A DNA stretch of 58,696 nt, counting the filler, from Sandaracinaceae bacterium (GTDB taxonomy: Bacteria > Myxococcota_A > Polyangia > Polyangiales > JADJQN01): NCBI GenBank assembly GCA_947483975.1. It is 3 parts of 3 records of this genome, joined end to end, with 100 filler letters (N's around TTAATTAATTAA, not from the genome) between each part and the next. Parts side by side here need not be neighbours in the genome. Positions count along the whole stretch, not along the records: positions 20,076 to 39,378 come from CANKOL010000056.1; 2 more parts are not named here. The stretch is one strand, 5' to 3'. Position numbers and translations under genes: made by a program. Below are positions 22,096-32,069 of this stretch, piece after piece. Positions within the stretch are counted from its first letter, which is position 1. Each line of letters starts with the position of its first letter. Below the pieces are notes generated by a model. The model was given only the letters and a program-made list of their open reading frames with translations. It searched no databases and had not been told where the DNA came from.

Positions 22096-22794
22096 TCAGC
22101 CCTTCACGCTCTTGTCGTCCTGCCCAAACAGCACCTTCTTCGCGGCGTCGTCCATCGGCTGCGCGCTGCGCAGGTCCTTGCCGACGTCCGCGCCGCGCAC
22201 GACCGCGGGGCGCTCTCCGACGAGCGCTCTCCACCGCGCGAGGTTCGGAAATTCTGTGCCGAGGTCGATGCCGTAGCGCCCGTCGAGGATCCACGGCCAG
22301 ATGGCGATATCGGCGATCGAGAACTCGCGCGCGACGAACTCCTGCGCTGCGAGGCGCTTGTCGAGCACGGCGTAGAGGCGCCGCACTTCCTTGGTGTAGC
22401 GCTCGATCGCGTACGGGATCTTCTCCGCGGCGTAGATCGCGAAGTGCCCCGCTTGCCCCGACATCGGACCGAGTCCGCCCATCTGCCACATCAGCCATTC
22501 CGTCACTTCCGCGCGCCCGCGCGCGTCCTTCGGCAGCAGCAGCCCAGTCTTGTCCGCGAGATAGAGCAGGATCGCCCCCGACTCGAACACGCTGAGCGGC
22601 GCGCCGCCGTCGGCGGGCGCGTGATCGACGATCGCCGGCATACGGTTGTTGGGGCTGAGCGCGAGGAACTCCGGCGCGAATTGCTCACCGCGCCCGATGT
22701 TCACGGGCTTGAGCGTGTAGGGCAGCCCCATCTCCTCCAGCGCGATGGAGATCTTGAGTCCGTTCGGAGTTGGCCAGAAGTAGAGATCGATCAT
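22096..22794 (-). CDS. Glutathione S-transferase, Nu class (YfcG-like)
   Basis: MIDLYFWPTPNGLKISIALEE, PNNRMPAIVD, VFESGAILLYLA, WQMGGLGPM and FSIADIAIWPW. Confidence 0.92.
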   Translation of the reverse strand: MIDLYFWPTPNGLKISIALEEMGLPYTLKPVNIGRGEQFAPEFLALSPNNRMPAIVDHAPADGGAPLSVFESGAILLYLADKTGLLLPKDARGRAEVTEWLMWQMGGLGPMSGQAGHFAIYAAEKIPYAIERYTKEVRRLYAVLDKRLAAQEFVAREFSIADIAIWPWILDGRYGIDLGTEFPNLARWRALVGERPAVVRGADVGKDLRSAQPMDDAAKKVLFGQDDKSVKG

Positions 22795-22941
22795 GGTCGC
22801 GCGACTGTCGGGCAGTCCGGGGCGCGACGCAAGGCCGCCCGCCGCGTCGCGGGAGTTTCTGTTGACTTCCTGACTCAGTTCCACGACCGTGCCGTTATCT
22901 GCTTCGTCGCTTGCGCCGCTCATCGCGGCGAGGAGGTCTGT

Positions 22942-23871
22942 ATGCGCTCGTTGCCTTTCTTCTTCTTTTTCTGCTTCCTCACGTTTCTGTCGGCGGCCTG
23001 CACCAAGGATGAGTGTCCGGGCGGCGCGAGGCTATATACGCTGGAGTGGTTCGAGTGCGATGAGGTCGCTCGTACCTGTCAGCCGCACAAACAGACGGAG
23101 TGTCCGTGCCCCGCGGGAGCCTATTGCCCGACCGTCAGCTCCGCACCGTACGAGTGCAGAGGCGGCATCAGCGGCGTCGCTGAGTGGGTCGCGCAGGCGC
23201 CGACGGTGAACGCCCACGTCGTCGACGGCGCGTTCACCGGCGAGGAATGGACCGGCGCGACACGGCTCGAGGGCATGTTCACCGATGTGTACATGGACTA
23301 TCGCGACGGGCGCCTCTACTTCCTCAACGACTGGCGCTCCAACGAAGAGGGGATTACGCCCAACTGCTTCAACTACTTCCAGATCCGAGTCGGCACTGGC
23401 TACCTCGATCTGCGCGTGTTCGGCGATGGACACGTCGAGGTCACGCGAGACTATGTGCGCGTGGACGTCGACGCCGAGGGCGCGTACGGCCTGGGGCCGA
23501 GTCCGAAGTGGGCGACTCCCCACACGATCTACGAGTTCAGTATTCCGCTCGTCGCGACTCAGATCGATGTCTGTTGTTACGACCCCATCACCAGCACGAG
23601 CTGCGATCGGCTGACGCACGAGCCGACGATCCTCTCGTTGCGACCCACCACTGCGGGAGTCGAGGTGAGCCGACAGCTGCCCCCCGGAGTCCCGCGGCTC
23701 GAGCTCGGCGCGACCTGCGGGACGGGGGAGGGCGTGTGCGTCGACGGTGCGCGCTGCGAGAAGAGCGGAGCCATCGCGATCTGCGTGAGCATCCCGGACG
23801 CGGGGCCGCCTGCCGACGCGGGGCCGCCCGACGCAGGGGCGCCGCCCGACGATTTCGGTCCGCCGGTCTGA
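22942..23871 (+). CDS. Cys-rich putative lipoprotein
   Basis: Lipobox in MRSLPFFFFFCFLTFLSAAC, GAGGAGG RBS, many Cys residues and a DAG/Pro-rich tail. Confidence 0.7.
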   Translation: MRSLPFFFFFCFLTFLSAACTKDECPGGARLYTLEWFECDEVARTCQPHKQTECPCPAGAYCPTVSSAPYECRGGISGVAEWVAQAPTVNAHVVDGAFTGEEWTGATRLEGMFTDVYMDYRDGRLYFLNDWRSNEEGITPNCFNYFQIRVGTGYLDLRVFGDGHVEVTRDYVRVDVDAEGAYGLGPSPKWATPHTIYEFSIPLVATQIDVCCYDPITSTSCDRLTHEPTILSLRPTTAGVEVSRQLPPGVPRLELGATCGTGEGVCVDGARCEKSGAIAICVSIPDAGPPADAGPPDAGAPPDDFGPPV

Positions 23872-24199
23872 GGTCCTCGTCAGAGAGAGCCGCTCACCGG
23901 GCGCGTGAGAAGCGCTTCTTTTGTATGCTCTTGACGAGAAATGGCGTGCCCGGAAGAGCCTGAAAACTGCGAATTCGGCGGATGAGCTCGGCGATCGTGT
24001 CCTCCTCGCGGCAGGCTCGCCCTTTGCCGGCGGTGGACGCGCTCCGACCGTCGGCACACGGTCGCAGCCGGGGGGAGGTTGGCGTGCAAGCACTGCTCTG
24101 GTGTGGATCGGTGGGGGCGGTTTCTCCACGGCTGTTGGCCCTCGACTCTCGGGCTGCGCAGCCGAGGGACCGGTGAAGGCGAGCCTGGCAGAGAGTGCC

Positions 24200-25111
24200 C
24201 GCGATGACGCCAATCTCGAGCTTCTGCGGGAGTTCATCGCGGAGTCGGTCGACAACCTGAGCGGTGCCGGTACGGCGCTGGTCAACCTCGAGAAGCGCCC
24301 CGACGACCGCGGGAGTGTGGACGCCGCGTTTCGCACCTTCCATTCGATCAAGGGGACTTGTGGGTGCTTCGACCTGAATGGCATTCAGGTCGTCTCGCAC
24401 CGCATGGAGACGCTGCTCTCCGAGGTCAAGAAGGGCGAGCGCCATCCCGACACGCACATGACCTCGACCCTGGTCCGCGGCGTGGACGTGCTCACGACCT
24501 TGTTCGGGAGCGCTGTCGACGGCGCGGGGCAGAGGGAGGCGGAGGTCCGGTCGCCAATCTGCAGAATACGATGCGGATCGACGAGGCGACCATCGACGCG
24601 TTCCTCGCGTACACGGGAGAGCTGATCAGCTCTCCCGAGACCTTCGGCTATCTGCAAGGCAAGCTCGACCGCGAGAGCCTGAGTCCGTCCGTGAAGGAGG
24701 AGGTCCGCAGCGCGGTGCGGGCCTTTCAGGCCCTCTCGCTCGACCTGCAGAAGAGCATCATGGAGATCCTCGAACTCCCCCTCGAGGCGTCGTGCTCCAA
24801 GTACCCCCGGCTCGTGCGGGACCTCTCGAGGACGCTCGGCAAGCTGGTCTCGCTCGAGGTCATCGGCTCGTCGCTGCGCATCGACAATGGTCGAGGTCAA
24901 CTCCGTGCTGAGCGTCGGCACGACCATAGCGATCGCGACCCCGCTGAGGGTGACGACGTCGATCGTGCAGGTCGGAATCCAGCGCGTGGCGCTGCGCGAG
25001 AAGGGCGCGGAGCTTCCGAGCAGCCCGCTCCTGAAGGGGAGCGCGATCCTGCGCGACGGCAAGGTGGGGCTGTTGCTGGACCTCGAGGCGCTCGTCGACG
25101 GCTACGCGTAG
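24200..25111 (+). pseudogene. cheA: Decayed chemotaxis histidine kinase CheA
   Basis: HPt region (EFIAES...AFRTFHSIKG...HRMETLL). In another frame, the dimerisation domain and kinase start (MRIDEATID..TGEL, YPRLVRDLSRTLGKLVSLEVIG). After a second shift, only the kinase end and the CheW-domain end (GSAILRDGKVGLLLD). Confidence 0.8.
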
Positions 25112-25168
25112 ACGCTGACGCGCGGACTCGCTAACGTTCTCCTCGGCTCTCGCCAAGGGAACGTCTTC

Positions 25169-26020
25169 ATGACCTTCGATCAGACTCGACCGCGCTTCGC
25201 CTCCTCCGTGCTCTTCCTAGCCGCCGCGCTCGCGTTGGCGGGCTGCACCTCGCGCGCGGCGACCCCGCCGCCTGCCGACATGGGCAGCGTCTCCGACGAG
25301 GGGCTCCTCGTCGACGAGGGTGCTCCGATCGACGCGGGCATGGCGGAGGATATGCCGCCCGCCTTGGACGCCGGGGACTTCGACGCGAACTTCCCCACAG
25401 GCACGCTCACCATCAACGGCACGCTCACGGAGCTGACGGCCGCGGGCGCGGGCGGCCCCGTCGTCGGCGCGACCGTGTGCGTGATCGTCCCCGTCGGCGG
25501 GCCGTGCATGACGAGCGGCGCGGACGGCACCTTCACCGCGACGGGCATCCCCGCGGGCACGGAGATGCTCGTCGAGCTCAACGCGCCGATGTACCAGCCC
25601 GCGCTCGCGACGGTGACGAGCGGCGCCATCGACGTCGACTTCGCGTACTTGATGGTCAAGCGCTCGACCGTGCGCCTGCTCGGCGGCGCGCTGACCCTCG
25701 CGATCGACGCGACCAAGGGGCAGATCTTCGTGCAGTCGGGGAACGCCGCTGGGACCACCGTCGCGCTCGCTCCGCTGAGCGGCACGGGGCCGTACTACTC
25801 GACCGCCGCGGGTCTGCCGAGCCCCGCGCTCACCGAGACGACGACCTCGGGCGCCGCGATCTTCGCGAACGTCGCCCCGGGCGACTACGTCGTCACCTTC
25901 GCGAACGCGACCCTCACCTGCGACCCGACGGGCTTCTCGTGGTCGGGCACCGCGCCTGAGACGACGAAGGTCACCGTCCAAGCGGACCACATCACGTCCA
26001 CCGTCGCGTTCTGTCGCTGA
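25169..26020 (+). CDS. Lipoprotein with carboxypeptidase-regulatory-like (beta-sandwich) domains
   Basis: LALAGC lipobox, PVVGATVCV..TSGADGTFTATGIP and FANVAPGDYVV. Confidence 0.7.
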   Translation: MTFDQTRPRFASSVLFLAAALALAGCTSRAATPPPADMGSVSDEGLLVDEGAPIDAGMAEDMPPALDAGDFDANFPTGTLTINGTLTELTAAGAGGPVVGATVCVIVPVGGPCMTSGADGTFTATGIPAGTEMLVELNAPMYQPALATVTSGAIDVDFAYLMVKRSTVRLLGGALTLAIDATKGQIFVQSGNAAGTTVALAPLSGTGPYYSTAAGLPSPALTETTTSGAAIFANVAPGDYVVTFANATLTCDPTGFSWSGTAPETTKVTVQADHITSTVAFCR

Positions 26021-26037
26021 GCGGCGGAGCGCGCCGT

Positions 26038-26574
26038 CTATTCGAGGGCGTCCTCGATCAGCGGCGTCGGCGCGCACGCGCAGCCCGAGCCGCACTTGAC
26101 GACGTAGCTCGAGAGGATGCCGTCGCCGTCGAGGTCGCCGCGCGCGACGAGCTCGATGCCGCCGGTGACCGTCTCGTCGCGCCGCACCGAGTAGCTGTAA
26201 TAGACGGGCACACCCGGGTCATAGCCCAGCTGCGCGAAGGTCGGATCCGCAGAGAAGCTCTCGAGCTGCTTCTGCGCGCTCGGCGCGGCGGGCACGGGCC
26301 CTGCCGGCGTGAGCCAGTTGCCGTGCTCCGTGCAGTACTGCTCCTCGAGCCGCCCGATGGACCGAAGCTCCATCGTCGCCTCGCTCGTCTTCGCTTGCCT
26401 CGTGTAGCGAATGAATGGAGGGATCGCGATGGCCGCGAGCACTCCAACGCCGCCGATGCAGCACGGACCGAGCAGCAACACTGCGGCGATCCAGACGAGC
26501 GCCGAGCGCTTCTTGGGCGCCGGGGGCGCGCCGAGCGGCGGCTGTGCGGGGTATCCGGGCTGTGCTGGTTGCAT
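26038..26574 (-). CDS. Type IV pilin-like protein with an N-terminal extension
   Basis: Pilin helix GVLAAIAIPPFIRYTRQAKTSEA and C-terminal ARGDLDGDG, as seen in deltaproteobacterial pilins. No G|FTLIE processing site. Confidence 0.7.
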   Translation of the reverse strand: MQPAQPGYPAQPPLGAPPAPKKRSALVWIAAVLLLGPCCIGGVGVLAAIAIPPFIRYTRQAKTSEATMELRSIGRLEEQYCTEHGNWLTPAGPVPAAPSAQKQLESFSADPTFAQLGYDPGVPVYYSYSVRRDETVTGGIELVARGDLDGDGILSSYVVKCGSGCACAPTPLIEDALE

Positions 26575-26593
26575 GGCCCGGTAGATTACCCGA

Positions 26594-27019
26594 TCAGCCG
26601 CGCAGCTTTGCGAGCAAATCTGCGGGCACGCTGCAAATCGAGCCCTTCGGCATCTGCACGCACGCGAGCGTGATGCTGCCCTCGTGGAGCAGCACGCCGT
26701 CCGCCACGCGCCGCAGCTTGCTCGTGAACACGAGCTTCGCGCGCGAGCCCTCGCTCAGCCAAGTCTCGACGTCGAGCAGGTCGTCGAAGCGCGCCGGCGC
26801 GCGGTACTTCATCCGCACCTCGACGACGGGTAGCGCGAGCGAGCGCTCCCGCTCGAACGACAGATAGTCGATCTCGAGCGCCCGCATCAACTCGACGCGC
26901 CCGTGCTCGAGGTAGCGAAAATACTGCGAGTGATGGACCACGCCGGCGGCGTCCGTGTCGACGTAGCCGACGCGGACGCGGTGCGTGTACGAGGGGCGCC
27001 CCTCGTGAGTGCCGAGCAC
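26594..27019 (-). CDS. Acyl-CoA/acyl-ACP thioesterase (hotdog fold, YbgC/4HBT family)
   Basis: RVGYVDTDAAGVVHHSQYFRYLEHGR and KYRAPARFDDLL. Confidence 0.9.
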   Translation of the reverse strand: MLGTHEGRPSYTHRVRVGYVDTDAAGVVHHSQYFRYLEHGRVELMRALEIDYLSFERERSLALPVVEVRMKYRAPARFDDLLDVETWLSEGSRAKLVFTSKLRRVADGVLLHEGSITLACVQMPKGSICSVPADLLAKLRG

Positions 27020-27026
27020 TGCGGAG

Positions 27027-27272
27027 CTAGCTCGCCGGCGTCGCGGCGAGCGTCGCCTGAACGAGCTCGAACACGCGCGTCAACGACGTCATGTTCTTGA
27101 GCTCGCTCTCGGGGACCGAGATCTTGTAGGTGCGCTCGATCTCCGCGACGATCTCGATGCCCATCATCGAGTCGATGCCGAGCTCGCGAAAGTCGGTGTC
27201 ATCGGGGATGACGTCCACCTCGCTCACCTCGGACACGATTCGACGAAGGTTCTCTTTCAGCTCGGCGCTCAT
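27027..27272 (-). CDS. Acyl carrier protein
   Basis: Acidic 81-aa protein with the phosphopantetheine site ELGIDSMMGIEI. Confidence 0.92.
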   Translation of the reverse strand: MSAELKENLRRIVSEVSEVDVIPDDTDFRELGIDSMMGIEIVAEIERTYKISVPESELKNMTSLTRVFELVQATLAATPAS

Positions 27273-27314
27273 GGTCTTGCTCCGGTTGCGAGGCAGTGGC
27301 TCGTGCGGCGCGCG

Positions 27315-27563
27315 CTACGCGGACAGCTTCATCCGCTTCTCGACGAGGTCGAGCAGCTGCCGCACCGTCTGGATCCCGACGAGCTGCTCGTCGGGGACCG
27401 CGATGCTGAGCTCGCGCTCCAGCGCGCCGACGAGCTCGAGGGTGCCGAGCGAGTCGATGCCGAGCTCGGCGATCACGCTGTCTTCAGTCACGTGGCTGAA
27501 GTCCTTCTCCGCGATCTCCGTGGCCATCCGCTGGAACGTCTTGACTAGCTCGGACCGATTCAT
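27315..27563 (-). CDS. Acyl carrier protein
   Basis: ELGIDSLGTLELVGALE and TVRQL. GGAG RBS before ATG 27563. Confidence 0.92.
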   Translation of the reverse strand: MNRSELVKTFQRMATEIAEKDFSHVTEDSVIAELGIDSLGTLELVGALERELSIAVPDEQLVGIQTVRQLLDLVEKRMKLSA

Positions 27564-27669
27564 CGTCTCGTCTCCCTGCATCACGGAAACACCGCGCGCC
27601 CGCTGGGGCGCTCGGCGCGGCGCAGCATAGCTGCCCACCGCTGGAAAGGACAGGCGTCGTCAGCGACCC

Positions 27670-29385
27670 CTACCCGTGCTCTTCACCGTCCGTCGCGCCC
27701 GCCTTGCCGTGCTCCGCGAGCGAGCCGGCTTCGTAGAGCTGCTTCGTCTTCTGCCGCTGCGCCTTGCCGCTCGAGGTCTTCGGCAGGCAGCCCACGCCGA
27801 CCACCGCGACGTACGAGGTCGCGAGGCCCGCCACCTCGTAGATGCGCTCGGGGATCGCCTTCTTCAGGCGCTCGACGTCGCCTGAATTCGCCTCCGCCGC
27901 CACGACCAGCTGCTCGACGCCGTCGCGGAGCACGCTGAACGCGACGACGTTGCCGCGGCGCACGCCCTCGACCTCCGCGACGGCCCACTCGAGGTCTTGC
28001 GGATAGAAGTTCGCGCCGTTGATGATGATCAGGTCCTTGAGCCGCCCGCAGATGTAGAGCGCGCCCTCCGCGAAGTAGCCGAGGTCGCCGGTCTGCAGCC
28101 AGCCGCTCTTCCAGCCGAGCGCCGTCGCCTCTGCGTTCTCGAAGTAGCCGCTCGTCACGGACGGTCCGCGCGTCACGATCTGCCCGACGCGCCGCTCCGC
28201 GAGGTCGGCGCCCGACTCCGCGTCCACGACCTTCACCTCGTGCCCGGGGAAGCCGACGCCGCACGCGACGAGCTCGAGCGCACCCGGCGTGCCCTTCGCG
28301 ACGGTCCGCGCCTCGCCGCGCTGCATCGCGTCCGCGTCGACGATGTCCGTCACGAGCGGCGTGCCGCGCGGGTGGAACGTGATCGCCAAGGTCGACTCCG
28401 CCATCCCGTAGCTCGGCAAGAGCGCGCGCGCGTCGAAGCCCGCGGGCGCGAGGCGCTCGGCGAAGTCGCGCATCGTCTGCGCGTGGATCGGCTCGGCGCC
28501 GCAGCCCGCGATGCGCAGGCAGGAGAGGTCGAGCTCCTTCAGGTCGCGGTCCTTGAGGCGCTTGACCGCGAGCGCGTACGCGAAGTTCGGCGCGTACGTG
28601 ATCGTGCCGCGGTGCTTGTGGATCGTCTCGAGCCAGATCCGCGGCCCGCGCGCGAAGGTCGAGGTCGGCAGCAGCACCACGGGGATGTCGCAGATCAGCG
28701 GCCCGAGCACGAAGCCGATCAGCCCCATGTCGTGGAAGAGCGGCAGCCAAGACACGCCGAGGTCCTGATCGTTGCGGTCGAGCCCCGCAGGCCCGAGGAA
28801 CGCCGTCACGTTGGCGACGAGGTTCGAGTGCGTGATGACGACGCCCTTCGGCTTGCTCGTCGAGCCCGAGGTGAACTGAAAGAAGCAGAGATCGTCGGGC
28901 GTGATCTCGGGCGCGGTGAACGCCGGCGTCGCGCCCTCGAAGACGTGCTCGGTCAGCACGATGCGCTCGAGCCCGCAGTCCTTCGCGAGCGCGGGCTCCA
29001 CGTACGGCTTCGTCGCCTCCATCGTCAGCAGCACGCGCGCGCCCGACGCGCTGGCGATGTGCGCGACCGTCTCCGCGTAGCCCTCGATGCCCTTGAACGT
29101 CGCGCGCGGGAAGATCGGCACGGGCACGATGCCCGCGACGCACGCGCCGAGGAACGAGAGCACGAACTCGTCGCCCTCGGCGACCACGATCGCGAGGCGC
29201 TCGCCCTTGCTCAGCCCGAGCGCGCTGAGGTGCGCGGCGCGGCGATACGCCTCCGCCTCGAGCTGCTCGTACGGGTAGTAGCGCTCTTCGTTCTTGGAGG
29301 TGACGAAGCGAAAGCCGCGCGCGGTTCCCCGGGGGAGCCGCGACAGCGCGGAGACGAGCGTCAGCGGCGCATCAGGCAGGCTCAT
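27670..29385 (-). CDS. Fatty acyl-AMP ligase (FAAL)
   Basis: QFTSGSTSKPKGV, SWLPLFHDMGLIG, PNFAY, PSYGMAE followed by a FAAL-type insertion, TGDLG, GRLKDLIII and LPKTSSGK. Confidence 0.9.
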   Translation of the reverse strand: MSLPDAPLTLVSALSRLPRGTARGFRFVTSKNEERYYPYEQLEAEAYRRAAHLSALGLSKGERLAIVVAEGDEFVLSFLGACVAGIVPVPIFPRATFKGIEGYAETVAHIASASGARVLLTMEATKPYVEPALAKDCGLERIVLTEHVFEGATPAFTAPEITPDDLCFFQFTSGSTSKPKGVVITHSNLVANVTAFLGPAGLDRNDQDLGVSWLPLFHDMGLIGFVLGPLICDIPVVLLPTSTFARGPRIWLETIHKHRGTITYAPNFAYALAVKRLKDRDLKELDLSCLRIAGCGAEPIHAQTMRDFAERLAPAGFDARALLPSYGMAESTLAITFHPRGTPLVTDIVDADAMQRGEARTVAKGTPGALELVACGVGFPGHEVKVVDAESGADLAERRVGQIVTRGPSVTSGYFENAEATALGWKSGWLQTGDLGYFAEGALYICGRLKDLIIINGANFYPQDLEWAVAEVEGVRRGNVVAFSVLRDGVEQLVVAAEANSGDVERLKKAIPERIYEVAGLATSYVAVVGVGCLPKTSSGKAQRQKTKQLYEAGSLAEHGKAGATDGEEHG

Positions 29386-29580
29386 GGCGGCGCCTTCTGT
29401 TGTGTAGGCGCGCGCGAGTGTCAAGCCGCGGGAAGGCCCGAAAGCCCGCGGAATTTCCGGGTGATCGGCCAGTTCACCGGAGCGCGCTGCGTAGCCCGTT
29501 GCGCACCGCCTGCGCAGCGAATGACGCACGGCGTCGCCTTGCGTCGGCGCGCGCGCGCGGGGTACAACGCGCCACAATTC

Positions 29581-30825
29581 ATGAGTCATCGTGTCTTCGT
29601 GACTGGGCTCGGAGCCGTGAGTTCGGTCGGCTTCGGACGTCAGGCCTTCTGGGAGTCGCTCGCCGCGGGACGCAGCGGCGCGTCGCCCGTGGAGGGCTTC
29701 GATACCGGCACCATCGGTCGCTCGATCGCCTGTGAAGTGAAGGGCTTTCGCGCGCGCGATTGGATGACCGCGGCCGAGGCGCGCCGCATGGGGCGCTGCT
29801 CGCAGTACGCCGTCGCCGCCGCGCGTATGGCTGTGGAGGACGCGCAGATCTCCCCCGCGCTGCTCGCGACGGAGCGCACGGCGGTCGTCATCGGCACGAC
29901 GATGGGCGAGGCCGACGTCATCAGCGAGCTCGAGTCCGCGTGGATTCACCGCGGCGAGGACGCCGTCCGCAGCCGCTCGATCAACCGCTACGGCACGACG
30001 CTGCTGCCGCTCCACGTCGCGCGCGCGTTCGGCGCCCGCGGCATGACGCAGACGCTCCCGGCGGCGTGCGCGGCGGGCAACTACGCCATCGGCTTCGCCG
30101 CCGATCAGATCCGCGCAGGGCGCGCCGACGTCGCGATCACGGGCGCGAGCGAGATCATCGAGAAGCTGCAATTTGCTGGCTTTGCGCGGCTCGGGGCCGT
30201 CGCACCGGAGCGCTGTCAGCCCTTCGACCTCAACCGCAAGGGCCTGCTGGTCGGCGAGGGCTCCGGCATGATGATCCTCGAGTCCGAGGAGCACGCGCGG
30301 GCTCGCGGCGCGCGCATCCTCGCGGAGGTCGGCGGCTACGGCCTCGCCTGCGACGCGCACCACATCACGCGCCCGCACCCCGAGGGCGAGGGCTCCGTGC
30401 AGGCGATGCGTCGCGCGATCGAGTCGAGCGGGCTCACGCCGGCCGACGTCGACTTCGTCAACGCGCACGGCACGGGCACCGACGCGAACGACAAGATCGA
30501 GGCGCTCGTGCTCCACAAGGTCTTCGGCGACCGCGTGATGGACGTCCCCGTCAGCTCGATGAAGAGCATGATCGGGCACTGCATGGGCGCGTCGAGCGCG
30601 CTCGAGGCCGTCTCCTGCATCGAGACGATCGTGCACGGCGTCTACCCTCCGACGATCGGCTACGAGACGCAGGACCCGGCGTGCGTGCTCGGGATCGTCG
30701 CGAACACCGCCCGCAAGGGAAAGGCCGACGTCGTGCTGAACAACGCGCTCGCCTTCGGCGGCTACGACGCCGTCATGCTCTTCGCGCGCGAAGGCGTGCT
30801 CCCCGACACCGTGGGGTGCCGCTGA
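29581..30825 (+). CDS. Beta-ketoacyl-ACP synthase (FabF-like, catalytically intact)
   Basis: VFVTGLG, AACAAGN (catalytic Cys), NAHGTGT and KSMIGH (catalytic His pair). Confidence 0.93.
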   Translation: MSHRVFVTGLGAVSSVGFGRQAFWESLAAGRSGASPVEGFDTGTIGRSIACEVKGFRARDWMTAAEARRMGRCSQYAVAAARMAVEDAQISPALLATERTAVVIGTTMGEADVISELESAWIHRGEDAVRSRSINRYGTTLLPLHVARAFGARGMTQTLPAACAAGNYAIGFAADQIRAGRADVAITGASEIIEKLQFAGFARLGAVAPERCQPFDLNRKGLLVGEGSGMMILESEEHARARGARILAEVGGYGLACDAHHITRPHPEGEGSVQAMRRAIESSGLTPADVDFVNAHGTGTDANDKIEALVLHKVFGDRVMDVPVSSMKSMIGHCMGASSALEAVSCIETIVHGVYPPTIGYETQDPACVLGIVANTARKGKADVVLNNALAFGGYDAVMLFAREGVLPDTVGCR

Positions 30826-32069
30826 TGGAGCTCGCGATCACCGGCCTCGGGCTCGTCTCGCCGATCGCGATCGGCAGCGCAGAGCACCGCGCAGCGCTCG
30901 CCGACCCGCGCGCCGCCGCCGAGCGCGCCTTTGCCCCCGCGGTCACCGTCCTGCCGCTCGCGGAGCTGCCCGACGCCCGCGTCGCGGAGGTGCGCGGCTT
31001 CGACGCCGCGACCTACCTCGGCGACAAGGGCCTGCGCAATTTCGATCGCCTGACGAAGTTCATGATCGTCGCCGCGAAGCACGCGCTCGAGGACGCCGGC
31101 CTCAAGAAGGACGGCCAGTGGCTCGCGCGCCGACCCGACGAGGTCGGGATCATCTCTGCGACCGCGTACGGCTCCCTCGACGCGATCACCGAGATGAACC
31201 TCGTCGCCGAGCGCGAGGACCCTCGCTACATCAACCCCGCGCGCTTCCCGAACACCGTCATCAACGCCGCCGCCGGCTATGTGTCGATCTGGGAGGATCT
31301 GCGCGCGCCCAACGTCACCGTCGTGGACGGCAACTGCGGGGCGCTCGACGCGGTGCTGACGGCCGAGACGCACCTCGCGCACGAGCGCGCGGGCGTGCTC
31401 CTCGTCGGCGGCGGAGAGATCGTCAGCGAGCCGCTTTATCGGGCGTTTCGCAAGCTCGGCGTCGTCGCAGAGGGCGACGCGCCCTGGGCACCCGGCGACG
31501 CGCACACCAACGGGATGCGCCTCGGCGAGGGCGCGGCGTACGTCGTCGTCGAGCGCCTCGACGAGGCGCGCGCGCGCGGCGCGAAGGTGCGCGCCCTGCT
31601 CGTCGGCTACGGCACCGCGTTCACCGCGCCCGAGAGCGAGGCGCTGATCGTGCACCCGTCGGTCGATGGCGTGACGCGCGCGCTCCGCGCCGCCGTGCGC
31701 GACGCCGGGCTCGCGCCCGAGGACATCGACGCGGTCGTCTGCGCGGCGAGCGGGCTCGACCGCTTCGACGCCGCGGAGCTCGTCGGCATCGGGCGCGCGC
31801 TGCACCCCGACGTGCTCTGCGTCGCACCGAAGTCGTACTACGGCGAGACCTTCGGCGCGGCGGGCGCGTTCGGGATCGCGACCGCGCTCGCTTGGCTCGA
31901 TGGCGCGCCCGTCGAGCCGGTGCTCTGCGGCAGGCGGCGCGAGCGACTCGAGCACATCATCGTCACCACGGTCGGTTTTTACGGCAACGTCTCGGCGGTC
32001 GTGCTGAAGCGTGCGCCCGTGTCTGCCCAGTCGAACGCCGGGCCTGTCATCGCAGAGAGTGCAACATGA
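30825..32069 (+). CDS. Ketosynthase-like chain-length factor (catalytic residues not conserved)
   Basis: KS fold (ITGLG, FPNTVINAAAG, LGEGAA), but DGNCGA replaces AACAAG, VCAASG replaces NAHGTG and KSYYGE replaces KSMIGH. TGATG overlap with the KS gene. Confidence 0.85.
   Translation: MELAITGLGLVSPIAIGSAEHRAALADPRAAAERAFAPAVTVLPLAELPDARVAEVRGFDAATYLGDKGLRNFDRLTKFMIVAAKHALEDAGLKKDGQWLARRPDEVGIISATAYGSLDAITEMNLVAEREDPRYINPARFPNTVINAAAGYVSIWEDLRAPNVTVVDGNCGALDAVLTAETHLAHERAGVLLVGGGEIVSEPLYRAFRKLGVVAEGDAPWAPGDAHTNGMRLGEGAAYVVVERLDEARARGAKVRALLVGYGTAFTAPESEALIVHPSVDGVTRALRAAVRDAGLAPEDIDAVVCAASGLDRFDAAELVGIGRALHPDVLCVAPKSYYGETFGAAGAFGIATALAWLDGAPVEPVLCGRRRERLEHIIVTTVGFYGNVSAVVLKRAPVSAQSNAGPVIAESAT

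Noticed and set aside
29396..29424. Perfect TTGACA (minus strand) as the FAAL promoter
   Set aside because: There is no acceptable -10 hexamer at 16-18 nt spacing.
27997..29580. N-terminal extensions giving a 942-aa KS or a 988-aa FAAL fusion
   Set aside because: The extensions are antisense to the divergent gene; the plausible starts are 29581 (+) and 29385 (-).
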